DNA from: Girardia tigrina
Taxonomy: Eukaryota
Direction: 5' to 3'
Assembly: GCA_001938485.1 (NCBI GenBank)
Contig: MQRK01249634.1
Span: 1-62,459, forward strand
Length of the DNA stretch: 62,459 nt
Translations under genes and position numbers: made by a program
Shown: positions 50,590-62,459 of the stretch, piece after piece
Position numbering within the stretch: the stretch's first letter is position 1
How the letters are laid out: every line of letters starts with the position of its first letter
The notes under the pieces: model-generated
The model's input: only the letters and a program-made list of their open reading frames with translations
What the model was told of the DNA's origin: nothing
Databases searched by the model: none

Positions 50590-53500
50590 TAATATTTAAT
50601 GGTTTTCTTATCATTTTTAATTTTAAGATATTTAATAGATAGATTAAAAAGATATTTTTTATTTTTAAATAGATATTTAATTTTTTATGATTTTCTTTTA
50701 TTATATCATTTTTAATTTTTTTGAAATATTTAAAAAACACATTAAAAATATTTGATTTTTAAATACGTATTGATTTTTTAATAATTGTTTTATTATATCA
50801 TTTTTAATTTTAAAATATTGAATAAGCATATTAACATTAAAATATTTTACCTTTTAAATTAAAAAATAATAAATTATTCTGGCGAGATGAAAATTTAAAT
50901 TAACCCCTCATATCCCCCTTCTTTAAGAATTTTCTCAATTTTTCCACGTTTCGATCTAAAATTCTTCCATCTTCATTTATTAGTTTATACCTTCTGTCAT
51001 GTGTTTTCTCTATCACTTTATACGGTCCTTCATATTTAATTTACTCTTTATCCCCGTTTCCACCTTGACTAGTATTTCATTTCCGATTTCAAAATTTCTT
51101 TTGGTTGTTGCGTCTTCTTTTTCTTGCTGTAACTTTATATCTTGACTATGTCATCTTTCTCTGTGTATTTTCTTACCGAATATAATTTCTACTGGGCTCT
51201 TCCCTATTGTTTTCTGAAAAGTTGCATTTAATGTGAATTCTATTTCCGGTAGTAGTTCTTCCCAGTCTGATCCTTTCTTTGTATGTAACGATGCGTTTAA
51301 ATATTCTCTAATTGTACGAAATTGTCTTTCTACTATTCCATTCGTGTTATGATGGTACGGACTCGAGTAACACATTTTTATATTCATTGATTCTGCCATG
51401 TCTTTGATTACCTTCGCTTCGAATGTCTTGCCACAATCTGTATGTATTTCCTTCGGTGCTTAAAATCTCAAGATCCACTTGGTCATCATGATGTCTTTTA
51501 TGGTTATTTCATCCTACTTGATAATGGCTGTCAAAGATATGTACCTACTAAACTGATCTATGATTGCAACAATATACTTTTTTCTTCTCCAAGTCTCCTT
51601 TAGTGGTCCGCATATGTCTATGTACACTTTCTCAAATGGTTTTTTTTTGACAAGTTGCAACCGTTCTTCGTTTGTAGCGGTCGTTAATGTTTTACTTTTT
51701 TTGGCATGCTTCACATTGTCCAAGTACTTCTTTTATTATTTCATTCCGATTGATCATGTCATAATTTTCTGAGATGTATTTCGTTACTTTCTCTGCGCCC
51801 GCGTGCGACAATAGCGTATGTATTTGTATGATCCTTTCTTTTCTTTTTGACTTTGGTATCCAAATCTTCCCCATGTTTGTTCTTATTATTCCATCTTCAA
51901 TTGTAAGCTTTCTGTCTTTACCTGAACTTGGGTCTCTTTTAATTTCTTCTATTTCTTCTTGTTGATATTTGAATATCTGCGATGTGTCCAGCACGTTGAT
52001 TCTTCGAGTCTTTATCTTCATCATTTTAGCATCTTCATGAGCCATCAAGCATTGTGTACATGTATCACATGTATTCCGAGACAACATATCCGCGTTGGAA
52101 TGATCTGTTCTTTTTCTGTATTCTAAGTGTATGTCCAGGCTTGATAAATAATTTATCCATGTCTGAAATGGCGTCGTTATCGGTTTTCTTTTGTTTTAAC
52201 CATAAACGCCTTATGATCCGTTCTCAAAGTGAATCGCTTCCCGTATAAATAATGATTAAAATGCTGACAGAAGTAATACATTGCCAACAGCTCCTTCCTC
52301 GTAATGCAGTATCCTTTTTCATGATTATTCATAGAGTGTGAACCATATGCAATAACTCTCTCACGTCCGTCCTTGTCTCTTTGAGATAATACTACTCCAA
52401 TCGTGTCGAAACTGGCATCAGTGTCCAGTATAAATTCTTTCTGGAAGTCTGGGAATCCTAGAATCAGTGGTGTTGTTAAGTCCTCTTTCATCTCTGTAAA
52501 TGCTTCATCACATGCGTCTGTCCATAACAATTTCTTCTTGTTCAATCCACACAGTTGTTCCAATATCTTGGCCTTTGTTGCGAAGTCCTTAATGAATCGT
52601 TTGTAATAATTGCAAATTCCAAAGAAACTTCTTAGATTCTTAACACATTTCGGTTTTTCAAATGTCTTTATGGCTTCTAATTTAGATGGATCCGTCTGTG
52701 TACCTTTATCATTAATTACATGTCCCAAAAATTTAACTTCCGTTTTTAAGATATGGCACTTTTCCGGATTAATTCTTAAACCTGCTTTCCCGATTTGGTT
52801 CAATACTTTATCCAAAGTTTCTTAATGTTGTTCCAACGATTTTGAAAATATAAGAATGCCATCTATATATACCACTGTCTGTTCTATGCCTCCGAGCACC
52901 TTTGTCGTGAGTTCCTGAAATTTTCCCGGTGCTGCTGCTATACCAAACGGCATTCTATTGAAACAAAATTGTTCTAGCTTTGTGGAAAATGCTGTTTTTA
53001 GCTTTGAATCTTCCTCTAGTTCGACCTGGTAGTATGCATTGCCTAAATTGATTGATGTGAAATATCTGATTCCATACAATCTGTCCATCATTTCTATCAT
53101 ATTTGGCATAGGAAATGCCTGTCTCTCCGTGACTAGGTTTAGCTGTCTAAAATCCAAGCAAATTCTAACATCATTCTTTTCTTTCTTTCATGCACAAATC
53201 ATCGGTGTATTCCATGGTGAATTACATTTCTTAATAATGTTGTTTTCCCACAAATTCTTAATAGTCTCATCGATCTTTTCTTCCAGATTAACTGGTTGCC
53301 TATGTGGTCTAAGGTTAATTGGAGGTCCTTTCGTGTCTATTCTATGTTTAATCATCGTCGTACATCCGATATCCCATTTATCCACCATAAAAACTCCTTG
53401 ATGTTTTTTTTAACAATATCCACAATCTTTAGTTTATCTGCAATTTTCATAATTTCCATGGCTCTTTTGAATCTTTCCTCGTTTGTAACCTTACGTCCAA

Positions 53501-56381
53501 ATTTGGTTTCTAAGTTATATACTTGATAAAATTGTTCGTTCACACCATTTTCTTTCTTTTTTCCAATGTAACTCGATTCCAAACGCCATCTGCAATTCTA
53601 TTCCTCCTATTATGTCTGGTTTTACGTCATTTACTACAATGAACGTTATATTTCTCCGTTTTTCTTTAATTTCTACGTCCACTGAAATTTTACCCATACA
53701 ATCTAGTTGACTACTGTTCGCACAGTTTAATTTAATATCAGACTTTTCTAATTTTACGTTCGTTAATTTCTCAGAAATCTTTCTTTCTTACATTTACTCT
53801 TGCACCTATGTCTAATAAACAATCCTCCACGTTACCATCAACTTTATGTATCATCAACTTTATACTAGGCCGGCCTTCCATTCTATCATATGATATACTT
53901 TCTGCTTTCCATTCATCTATTGACAAAATCCTGACAATTTCTTCTGTGTTCTTTTCTTTAATTGTTCCCACTAAACTTTGTCCAAGCTTGTCCTCAAAAG
54001 TTTCTTTCTTTATAAATTTCCGTACTTTATCATTTACTCTTGCTTCGCTTATCTCAACATTCCTTTCATTGTCTATCACTACGTCTATAATATTTGATAT
54101 ATTACTTCTACTATATAAATACCAATACTTTGGGAGTCGCCGGTATCCTTTAATTTATTGCCCCGACTGGTTCCACTTCTGTCGAGGCGTTGCCTTTTGG
54201 GTGTTCACTTCCTGTAACCAATTCTTCATATTCCTCTTCAATGTTATTCACGAATCTCCGATTATCTCCTAGTCTTCTATCTTCTCTATCTCTATAACTT
54301 TGTTGATTGTAGCCCGATTCTCGATAGTTATTGTCACCTGTATTTTGCTGTCTTCTTCTGCCATTTAGGTTTGTATAACATGCACTTTCACTGTGACCTT
54401 TATCTTGACATCTTTTGCATTTGATGTTTGGACAGTTTCTTCTTACGTGTCCCTGTTGTCCACAACCATAACATTTTATTGGTCTCCTTTCAGAACAGTT
54501 TCTTATCATGTGTCCTTCTTTTCCACATCCGAAACACATAATTGGTTCTCTTTGTCTACACGTTTCACTTGTGTGACCTACTTTTTCACAATTTCTACAT
54601 TTGACCGCTTTCATGCCTTGAGTGTATTCTGTAGTATTTCTACCAACCCCTATCTGATTTTGTCCGTATTTACTGTTTCCTGTTACTGCTCCTCTGTAAC
54701 TCCGGGGTCTGTTTTGCATCCCCTGGTCTCTTACTACATTCATGTCTTCTGTCACACTTTTGACGTCATGTACTGCCTTTATCTTTTCTTGCATCTCATC
54801 TATTCCTTTCACTTTGTTAAGTCTCACTTCTTTTTTTATGTCCACGTCATCAAAACAATGTAACAATAATGCTTCCGCGAGGGCCTCTTTTGACAAGTCA
54901 TGTTTCAAGATCTTGACTGCGAGTTTTTCTACTTTCTCAAAAAATACTTCCGGTATATCTTCCTTCATCCTTTACCGGCATGCCTCAGTCAGGTCTTCGA
55001 ATAGTGAGGAAGTTTGAGAGAAAGCCTTTCTCAATCGGTCTTTATAACCTACTATTGTCTTATCTACCGCTTTGTATCGATCTTTCAGATATCCAACAAA
55101 CAAATGACTATTGTCTCTTGTTTGGCCTTCGCTATTCCTGCAAAATTAAAGAATTTTTCACATTCTTCAATAAATGTCTCCACATTATCGTCTTTCCTAT
55201 ACTTTTCAGGTAACCGTTGACCCGTGAAGATATCCATTGCAGCATTAGTCGCCATGTGAGAAGTGGTTGTAAAATCGATATCCGAATTCATTTTTTTACA
55301 CCAAAATTTTATTTATATAACAACAATTCACATATTTAAACAAATTTTTCTGTTAATTTAATTATCTCGCCACAAATTAATCTATTAACTTCTTTTCGAT
55401 TCAATTTTTAAAATCTTGCAAATTTATTAAATACATTTCACATTAAAACTAAAAATTTGTTTTAAAATTTATTTAAAATTGCTTAACCCTTTCGCTGCGG
55501 CCCCCTATAAACGTCATATGCGGCCTATTTTTTGGGAATTTCGTGATGTAAAGTGAAACTCATGTCATGCATAAGTTCTCATATCTCTGGAAGTAGACGT
55601 CATAGAGACTTAATTTTTGTGTCTATTATAATAAATTCAGGGTCAAGTTAATAAGTCTTATTAACTCCTCGTCCTCGAAAATGTTACAATCGAAACCAAT
55701 ATCAAATCTGTATGATAATATAGAAGTACTTAGAAAAAGTCATCAGCACTGCATATGCACTGCATTTTCCCATGATCATTTCCAGGTCATCCATTGTTTC
55801 CATAGTGATTATACGGACTGAAACTAAAGGTTTTTTTAATACTCTGTGCGACAGAATTAAATTCCGATAAGCTACATAAAATTGTTACGCACTGTATTGC
55901 AATATAAAGCATGACGAGACCCTCTCGTCAGCCGCATATTGGTATTGATTTTAATGACGAGACCTTCTCGTCATCCGCAGCGAAGGGGTTAATACTTCTA
56001 TTAAAATATATAAATTGTTATGACAATGAAAATATTTTTATTTATAAATAAATATTTAATATTTAATGGTTTTCTTATCATTTTTAATTTTAAGATATTT
56101 AATAGATACATTAAAAATATATTTTTTGTTTTTAAATAAATATTTATTTTTTATGATTTTCTTTCATTATATCATTTTTAATTTTTTTGAAATATTTAAA
56201 AAACACATTAAAAACATATTTGATTTTTAAATACGTATTTGGTTTTTTAATAGTTGTTTTATTGTATCATTTTTAATTTTAAAATATTGAATAAGCATAT
56301 TAACATTAAAATATTTTACCTTTTAAATTAAAAAATAATAAATTATTCTGGCGAGATGAAAATTTAAATTAACCCCTCATA
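50590..56381 (-). mobile_element. Near full-length Ty3/Gypsy LTR retrotransposon, decayed
   Basis: Direct repeats 50590-50912 and ~56057-56381, PPT aaagaaggggga at 50913-50924. Gag 55291-54150 with four CCHC-type knuckles, protease CLLDIGARVNV, RT, RNaseH, integrase with GPY. Confidence 0.95.
55487..55988. mobile_element. Non-autonomous piggyBac element nested in the Gypsy 5' region
   Basis: TTAA|ccctttcgctgcgg ... ccgcagcgaagggg|TTAA, with two subterminal palindromes atgacgagacc(c/t)tctcgtca. Confidence 0.9.
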
Positions 56382-56483
56382 TGCATTATTGATTTTTATT
56401 GGTATTGCATGAAGAATCTCCTTGTATTGTTTTATAAGTACTGTTTTATACATTAAACGTTTGTTTGTTTATTCTTATCAGAT

Positions 56484-57165
56484 TATGGAGAGCAAAAAAT
56501 AAGGAATTTGGGTCCTTTTGTAACATTACTGGAAAAATGTCTTTAACGCAATGGCTGCAGCCAAGGAAAATATTTGAAGTAGAAGGCGAATGTAGGGTCA
56601 TTGTTTGTGTTTCACAATTGTGGTTCAAGCGTTTCTGAAGTGGTGACGTCACTTTGAAAGACCAATCTCGCTATGGGCGACCATCTGTTGTTGATTATGA
56701 CACTACGTCAAGCTGTGGAGGAGAAGCCCTACACCAGAACGTGGAGATTATCAGCAAAGCTTTGTCTTTCACCACTCATTATTCAACTTCATCTTCATCA
56801 TCTTGGCCTTGTTAATAGACGGTGCCGACAAATTCATCACGAACTGACAGCTACTCAAGCACAACAACGACTTGATCTCTGCAAAGAATTGCTTGCTCAC
56901 CCCCATGACGTGCGCTTTTTCAGAATGATCGTGATGGCGGAGGCAAAGCGGATATTTTTCCGTAATCCCAACAAAGAGAATCAGGGACTCTACCCTGGTA
57001 TTCCCGCCAAAGCCATGGTTAAACAATTACGCTTCGATTGCAAAGTTATGCTCTGTGTATGGTGAAATTTCGAAATGGAGATCCAAATTGAGCTGATTCC
57101 GGAGCGTGAATACCAACTGTGAATACCGTGAATACTGTGAATACCGTGAATACTGTGAATACCAA
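56484..57165 (+). pseudogene. Truncated mariner transposase ending in a 9-bp tandem repeat
   Basis: WFKRF.SGDVTLKDQSRYGRP, IHHELT, KVMLCVW; GTGAATAC(C/T) units at 57105-57165. Confidence 0.8.
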
Positions 57166-57255
57166 CGCCATTCTCTGTGATATATAATATTGAGTCTTGC
57201 GAACGCAAGTTTAATATTTTGTAAATATAATTTGATTGAATTTTTTTATATAATT

Positions 57256-57297
57256 ATTGGACATGTTTCCATGTTTATATACATCATCATCAGCAAT
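57256..57297 (-). ncRNA. Second minimal hammerhead ribozyme, slightly degenerate
   Basis: AUUG-CUGAUGA-UG-AUGU-AUAUAA-ACAU-G-GAAA-CAUGUC-CAAU: core intact, palindromic stem III, GUC site, 4-bp stem I, mismatch at the base of stem II. Confidence 0.65.
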
Positions 57298-57789
57298 TTT
57301 CGGATATTTAGTATTTGAATATTGAATTGTTTTAATAATACAATTTTAATATATAAATATATTTTTTTTCTTGCGCAGATTTTTTATTCCTTTTCAATTT
57401 GTTAGTATATTGCAAAAATAAATGCCTACTAAATAGAAACCACGAAAATTTCAACAATCAAATAAGTATTTAAAAATGGTCAAATTTTAAAAACAAAGAA
57501 TTTATTCCAAAAATAAAAATTACAACGTATTGTAATTTAATTTACAAAAAAATAAAAACGATAAACAAAGGGAAATGAACAAAAAATCAAACTTTATTAT
57601 AACAGAAAACAATGATAAAGAAAAGGTTATTTCCTCAAATAATATTATCGAATAGAAAGTGGAACCGTCAAAAAACAATAAAGATCAATACTTGGAAAAT
57701 ATAAAAAACCCAAACTTGAAAGAAATTTTAAAGAAACAATTAGAAAACTATAAAAACAAAAGAATTTGAAAACAACGGAATCAAAACAC

Positions 57790-60170
57790 AACACGAAATT
57801 TTTACAGAAGGACCACCAACCGACGCCAAAGCGAGACAACTACCACCAGAAAAACTAGAAGCAGCCCAACAAATTTTTAAAGAATTACTCGAAAGCAAGG
57901 TCATCAGCCAATCCAATTCAAAATGGTCATCTCCTCTTATGATGAAAAAAAGAACAACGGCGAATGGAGATGTTGTGGAGACTACCGAAAATTAAATAAC
58001 ATTACCAAAAACGATTCGTATCCAGTTCCACTCTTCAATGATTTGACAACCAGACTAAACAAAGCAACCATATTTTTTAAAGTTAACCTATCAAAAGCTT
58101 TCTACCAAATACCGATGAAACAAGAACACATTAAAAGAACTGCAATTATAACCCCTTTTGGACTCTTCGAATTCAATAAAATGCCGTTCGGAATAAAAAA
58201 TGCAGCCGCAACATTCCAAAGAATTATGGATAATATTTTCATGAACGACCAAAAAGTAGTAGTTTATTTAGACTATATATTAATCGGAGATGAAAACAAA
58301 CAAGACCATCTAAAACATATTGAAAACGTTTTAGAACAATTAACCAAGAATGGTTTAAAGATCAACCCAGAGAAATGCGAATTTTTTAAAGAAATCAACT
58401 TTTTAGGTTACAAAATAAGTCACACACAAATCAAACCAATAGATGAAAAAAATATGATGAACTTAAAAAAACCGACAACAGCACGAGAAGTACGATGCTT
58501 AATCGGAATGATCAACTTCTATCATCAATGTTAACCGAACTGCTCAGAAATTTTAGCACCATTATGTGATTTATTAAAAAAACAAAAATAAAAACGATAC
58601 AATAACATGGAACGAACAAGCAGAAAAAAACTTTTGAAAATATTAAACTAAACCTTAATAAAATAACTTCAATATCAATGCTACAAGAAGGAGCACAATT
58701 AAGACTAACTACAGACGCTTCTGCAATAACTATCGGAGCAGTACTTGAACAATCAATCGACGGAATCCAATCACCAATCGGTTTCCACTCTAGAAAGCTA
58801 AAAATCCAAGAACAAAGATATTCTACATACGAAAGAGAATTGCTTGAAATATACGACGCAACTAAACACTTCAAACATTTAATCGAAAACTGATACTTCG
58901 AAATCTTCACCGATCAAAAACCTCTAATTCACGCTCTTGATATGAAAGACCCTAGCCCGACACAACTCAGGCAAATCAATTGGATTTCACAATTCAACTG
59001 TAAAATTAATTATATAGCCGGGAAATCAAACATAGTTGCCAATTTCCTTTCAAGAGCAGACTTGAACGTGATCACATTTTCACCAGTGATTAGAACGGCC
59101 GAAATTAAAAACAAACAAGAAGACTTTTAAAGAAGCATTAAAAACAAAATCATTAGAAGTCATCGAATTCAATGGAATTTGGCATGTCATTAGCATAAAA
59201 AACAACATTAGACCTCTAATCCCAAAAGAACTCAGGAGAAAATATTTCGAAACTATCCACGAACTGGGACACTACGGAATCCACACAATGCTACAAAATG
59301 CTACACAAAATGCTACATCTAGAAGTTTTTTGGCCGGGAATGAGGAATGACATTAAAAATTGGGTCAAAAACTGCAATAAATGCAATCTAAATAAAATTA
59401 CACAACATCTGAAAATAAAGGAATTAAAATTAAAAGAGGCACAAACTAGAAACAATACATTTAGACATCGTAGGACCTCTTCCAATCAATAAAAACAAGA
59501 AATACTTAATCACAATGATTGACAGAACAACCAATTGGTTCGAAGTATTTCCAAACAAAGAAATATCAGCCGAGAAAGTTTCAAAAATCTTCAACGAACA
59601 ATGGATATCAAGATACGGACAGCCCAAACGCGTAATAACTGACCGTGGCGGACAATTTGAATCAGAAGTCTTTAAAAATCTCTGCAAAGAAAATACAATA
59701 AAAAATCAAGAACAATCCACAAAGCAACGGCAAGATTGAAAGATTTCACCGAACGCTCAAGGAAATACTAAACACACTGAGTAACGACAAAAACTGGCTA
59801 GATAACCTCAACTAGCACTACGACTACAAACATCAATCAAAATACATTAGATACTATCAAATTAAGATTCTACCAACATTCATTTTTTTTAATATTTAAG
59901 TTCCACTTAACTGCGCGGGGCTAGTGTAGTGTATCATTTGCTCTTCTTACACCAGCCGATATTATATTTATATTTGTATTTAGATATTTAATATATTTTG
60001 TATATTTATATATTTATGTTTATCTATATTATATTTGTATTTTTCTTTTATTTTTGATTATCTATTTTTTGTAATTATTTCTATTTATAATTATTTCTAT
60101 TTCTATCACTTCTACTTTTTCTATTTCCATTATTTATAATTATAATATTATATTATATTATAACTTACTT
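57790..60170 (+). mobile_element. Decayed Ty3/Gypsy pol (RT-RNaseH-integrase) with probable 3' LTR
   Basis: WRCCGDYRKLN, TAIITPFGLFEF, VYLDY, TTDAS, RYSTYERELL, ITDRGGQFES. G-rich tract then TGTAGT at 59925. Right boundary approximate. Confidence 0.88.
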
Positions 60171-60590
60171 ATAATAATTATTCCACGGATAATTAAAATA
60201 TCCATGGAATAATATAAAATTTAAAATTTAAATTTAAAATCAATAATGAATTATGATGATATCATAATTATTATTTGATTCCAAAATTTTGATATTATCG
60301 AAGAAGATTTACGATCCAACGACTTTCGCGACTATTAAACAAATTATCAAGCCTGTTTAATTACCAGCGACGAAATTACCATAAGACGAAACTTTCCCAT
60401 CTACAAAATCTGGCAATATTTATACAATATCTAATCACCAGTGACTGAAATTGAAGTTATAAAATCCTGAACGAATAGATTAAAGTAACTTTATTGGTTA
60501 TTACCGATATCTCTTCGCTGACTCATTTCCCGTTATTGTGATCTCAAATACCTCCTTTTTTTGATCTTTCTGTTGAAGTTTGTAATCGTT

Positions 60591-60621
<31 letters not shown>

Positions 60622-60729
60622 NNNNNNNNNNNNNNNNNNNNNNNNNNNNNNNNNNNNNNNNNNNNNNNNNNATATATATATATATATATATATATATAAT
60701 AGATCAAATTATTATTATTATTATTATAA

Positions 60730-62344
60730 AGTTAGAGCAAGATATTGTTGTTAGGTTCGATTGAAGAGTAATTTGTTTTTCAATCGAGTTTCACCACATA
60801 TTTCACGGCAATTGACTTGGGAAACGTATACTATCAAGTTGAACTTGATGAAGAATAAAAGATTAAAACGGCATTCTCGACAAAGAATGGTTAATATTGT
60901 TTTAAAAGAATGCCTTTCTGAATAGTAGCCGCTCCGGCCACCTATCAAGAAATAATGGTAAAAATTCTTGGGGAATTGAACTGGAAGGAAGCAGTCGTAT
61001 ATCTAGACGATATCTTGATATTTTCTAAAGATAAGAAAGAACATCTACAAAGAATAAAGAATGTGTTTCAAAAAATCAAAGAATCAGGTTTGAGGATAAA
61101 TCCAGAGAAATGTCAATTTCTAGTAGAAAAGACCAAGTTTCTGGGCTACGTAATAAGTAAAGATGGTATAGAAACTGATAAAACAAAGATTGATGCGATT
61201 AACAAGTTTCAAAACCCGTCATGTATTAAACATCGAAGGAGTTTCTTAGGTTTGACAAATTATTACAAGGAATTCATAAAAGATTATGCAAGATATTTGA
61301 AAGTTTTAGAAGGTATGTGTGGCAAAAATAAGGATAAGAAAATAATATGAACAAAAGGATGTGACGAAGCTTTTCAGAGATTAAAAGAAAGAATGGTTCA
61401 AACTCCAATCTTGGCGTATCCATACTTCGATAAAGAATTTATTTTGGACAAAGATGCATATTTCGATACGATTAGAGCAGTACTGTCACAAAAAGACTCA
61501 AGTGGAAGAGAAAGAGTTATTGCATGTGGTTCTCATAAGATGAAATCGGTTATTACATTACCAGAAAAGAATTACTTGCGATATATTTTCGTAGTCAATG
61601 CCAAGCAACACATGAAAAAGCGAAGAAAGGAAAGATTAAAACTCGAATTCTAGCGTTACATGAAGAACCAAATAGTTTCAAATGATAGAAGGACAATGAA
61701 GAAATCGAACAATTTAAGAAAGATTTGAAACAACGAAGAGCAAATAAATGGAAACTGAAAGATGACATTGTAGCAACGGAAAATAATACGTACTGGATCC
61801 CGAGAACAAATAGAATCGATTTTATTGAAGATATGCATGTGATGTTATGTCATGCTGGGAGTAAAAAGGTTTTTAACTACCTCAGAGATAATTTTGATAT
61901 GGAAAATATGAGAGAAAAGATAAAAAAAATTGTCAAAAGCGAAAAACACTAACTACGAAAGCAAAAGAAAGACATATTAAGCAATTTGGATATGAATCTT
62001 TTCAGAAGATATATATTGATTTTTGTGGTTCATTCAAGAGAAATGTTAATGAATACCAGTATATTTTGGCGATAATTGATCAATTTAGCCGATATATTAG
62101 CCTGAATGCAGTTGCTCACCAAGACGAGAGAACGCTACGGAAAATATTGCTGGATAGATGTATATATAAATATGTACCACCTAAAGAAATCCATGTGGAT
62201 AGAGACAAAACATTTGAATCAGAACTATTTATAGAAACACTGAAGAAGTTTAAGATAGAAGTATTTTATTCAAGCCCATATCACCATAATACCAATAGAA
62301 TTATAGAACGACAATTTAGAACAATTACAGATATATTATGTTGA
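60730..62344 (+). mobile_element. Decayed Ty3/Gypsy pol fragment related to the 50590-56381 clade
   Basis: VVYLDDILIF, GLRINPEKC, CHAGSKKV, SSPYHHNTNRIIERQFR. Confidence 0.9.
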
Positions 62345-62459
62345 AAACGAGTTTTTAAAATAATGATAAAGGTCTTATTAGGAAATTGATATATTGATTA
62401 AAATTTAAATTTGAAATTCAAATTTGAATTTGAATTTTAATCAATATTTTTTAAAATTT

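Noticed and set aside
54110-54165. Apparent +1 gag-pol frameshift at AAT TAA
   Set aside because: The sister copy at ~20075-20130 lacks a 2-nt AT insertion and has pol in the ordinary -1 frame, so the +1 offset is decay.
57105-57165. Short direct repeats resembling a CRISPR array
   Set aside because: 9-bp units without unique spacers, expanded from mariner coding sequence, in a eukaryotic context with no cas genes.

Overview
AT-rich animal genomic DNA. An 18S rRNA fragment and 32-47 nt introns hint at a flatworm, possibly a triclad, but this is unverified. The window is a transposon graveyard around one clear host gene: a + strand Gli/Cubitus interruptus transcription factor. Its supported exons are 21759-22105, 22138-22394, 22442-22594, 23837-24094 and 28762-29061, with a probable further exon at 42802-42928. 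Mobile content: at least eight Ty3/Gypsy-type LTR remnants, two of them near full length (43704-48482, with both LTRs and a TSD; ~50590-56381). Also present are a near-intact DD34D mariner, decayed mariner/Tc1/pogo/MULE/hAT copies, three TTAA-type MITEs, a Polinton-type DNA polymerase B fragment, a Penelope GIY-YIG fragment and two minimal hammerhead ribozymes. The most unusual structure is a - strand unit at ~37450-41575: LTR-like repeat, PBS-like motif, long leader, an intronless internally deleted CDK1-like ORF, an intronless ELOVL fragment, and then a retroviral-type protease remnant split by a Tc1 insertion. This looks like an LTR retroelement carrying captured host gene cargo. Other notable signals: an LTR segment complementary to the element's own TGG leader motif (possible self-priming), a -1 frameshift cassette placed after the protease, a tandem ubiquitin-like fragment, a SPIN/URR1-like hAT end, and a SYGH-to-SIGH change in the Gli Sufu-binding motif. 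All family calls come from motif recognition by eye; no database searches were run.
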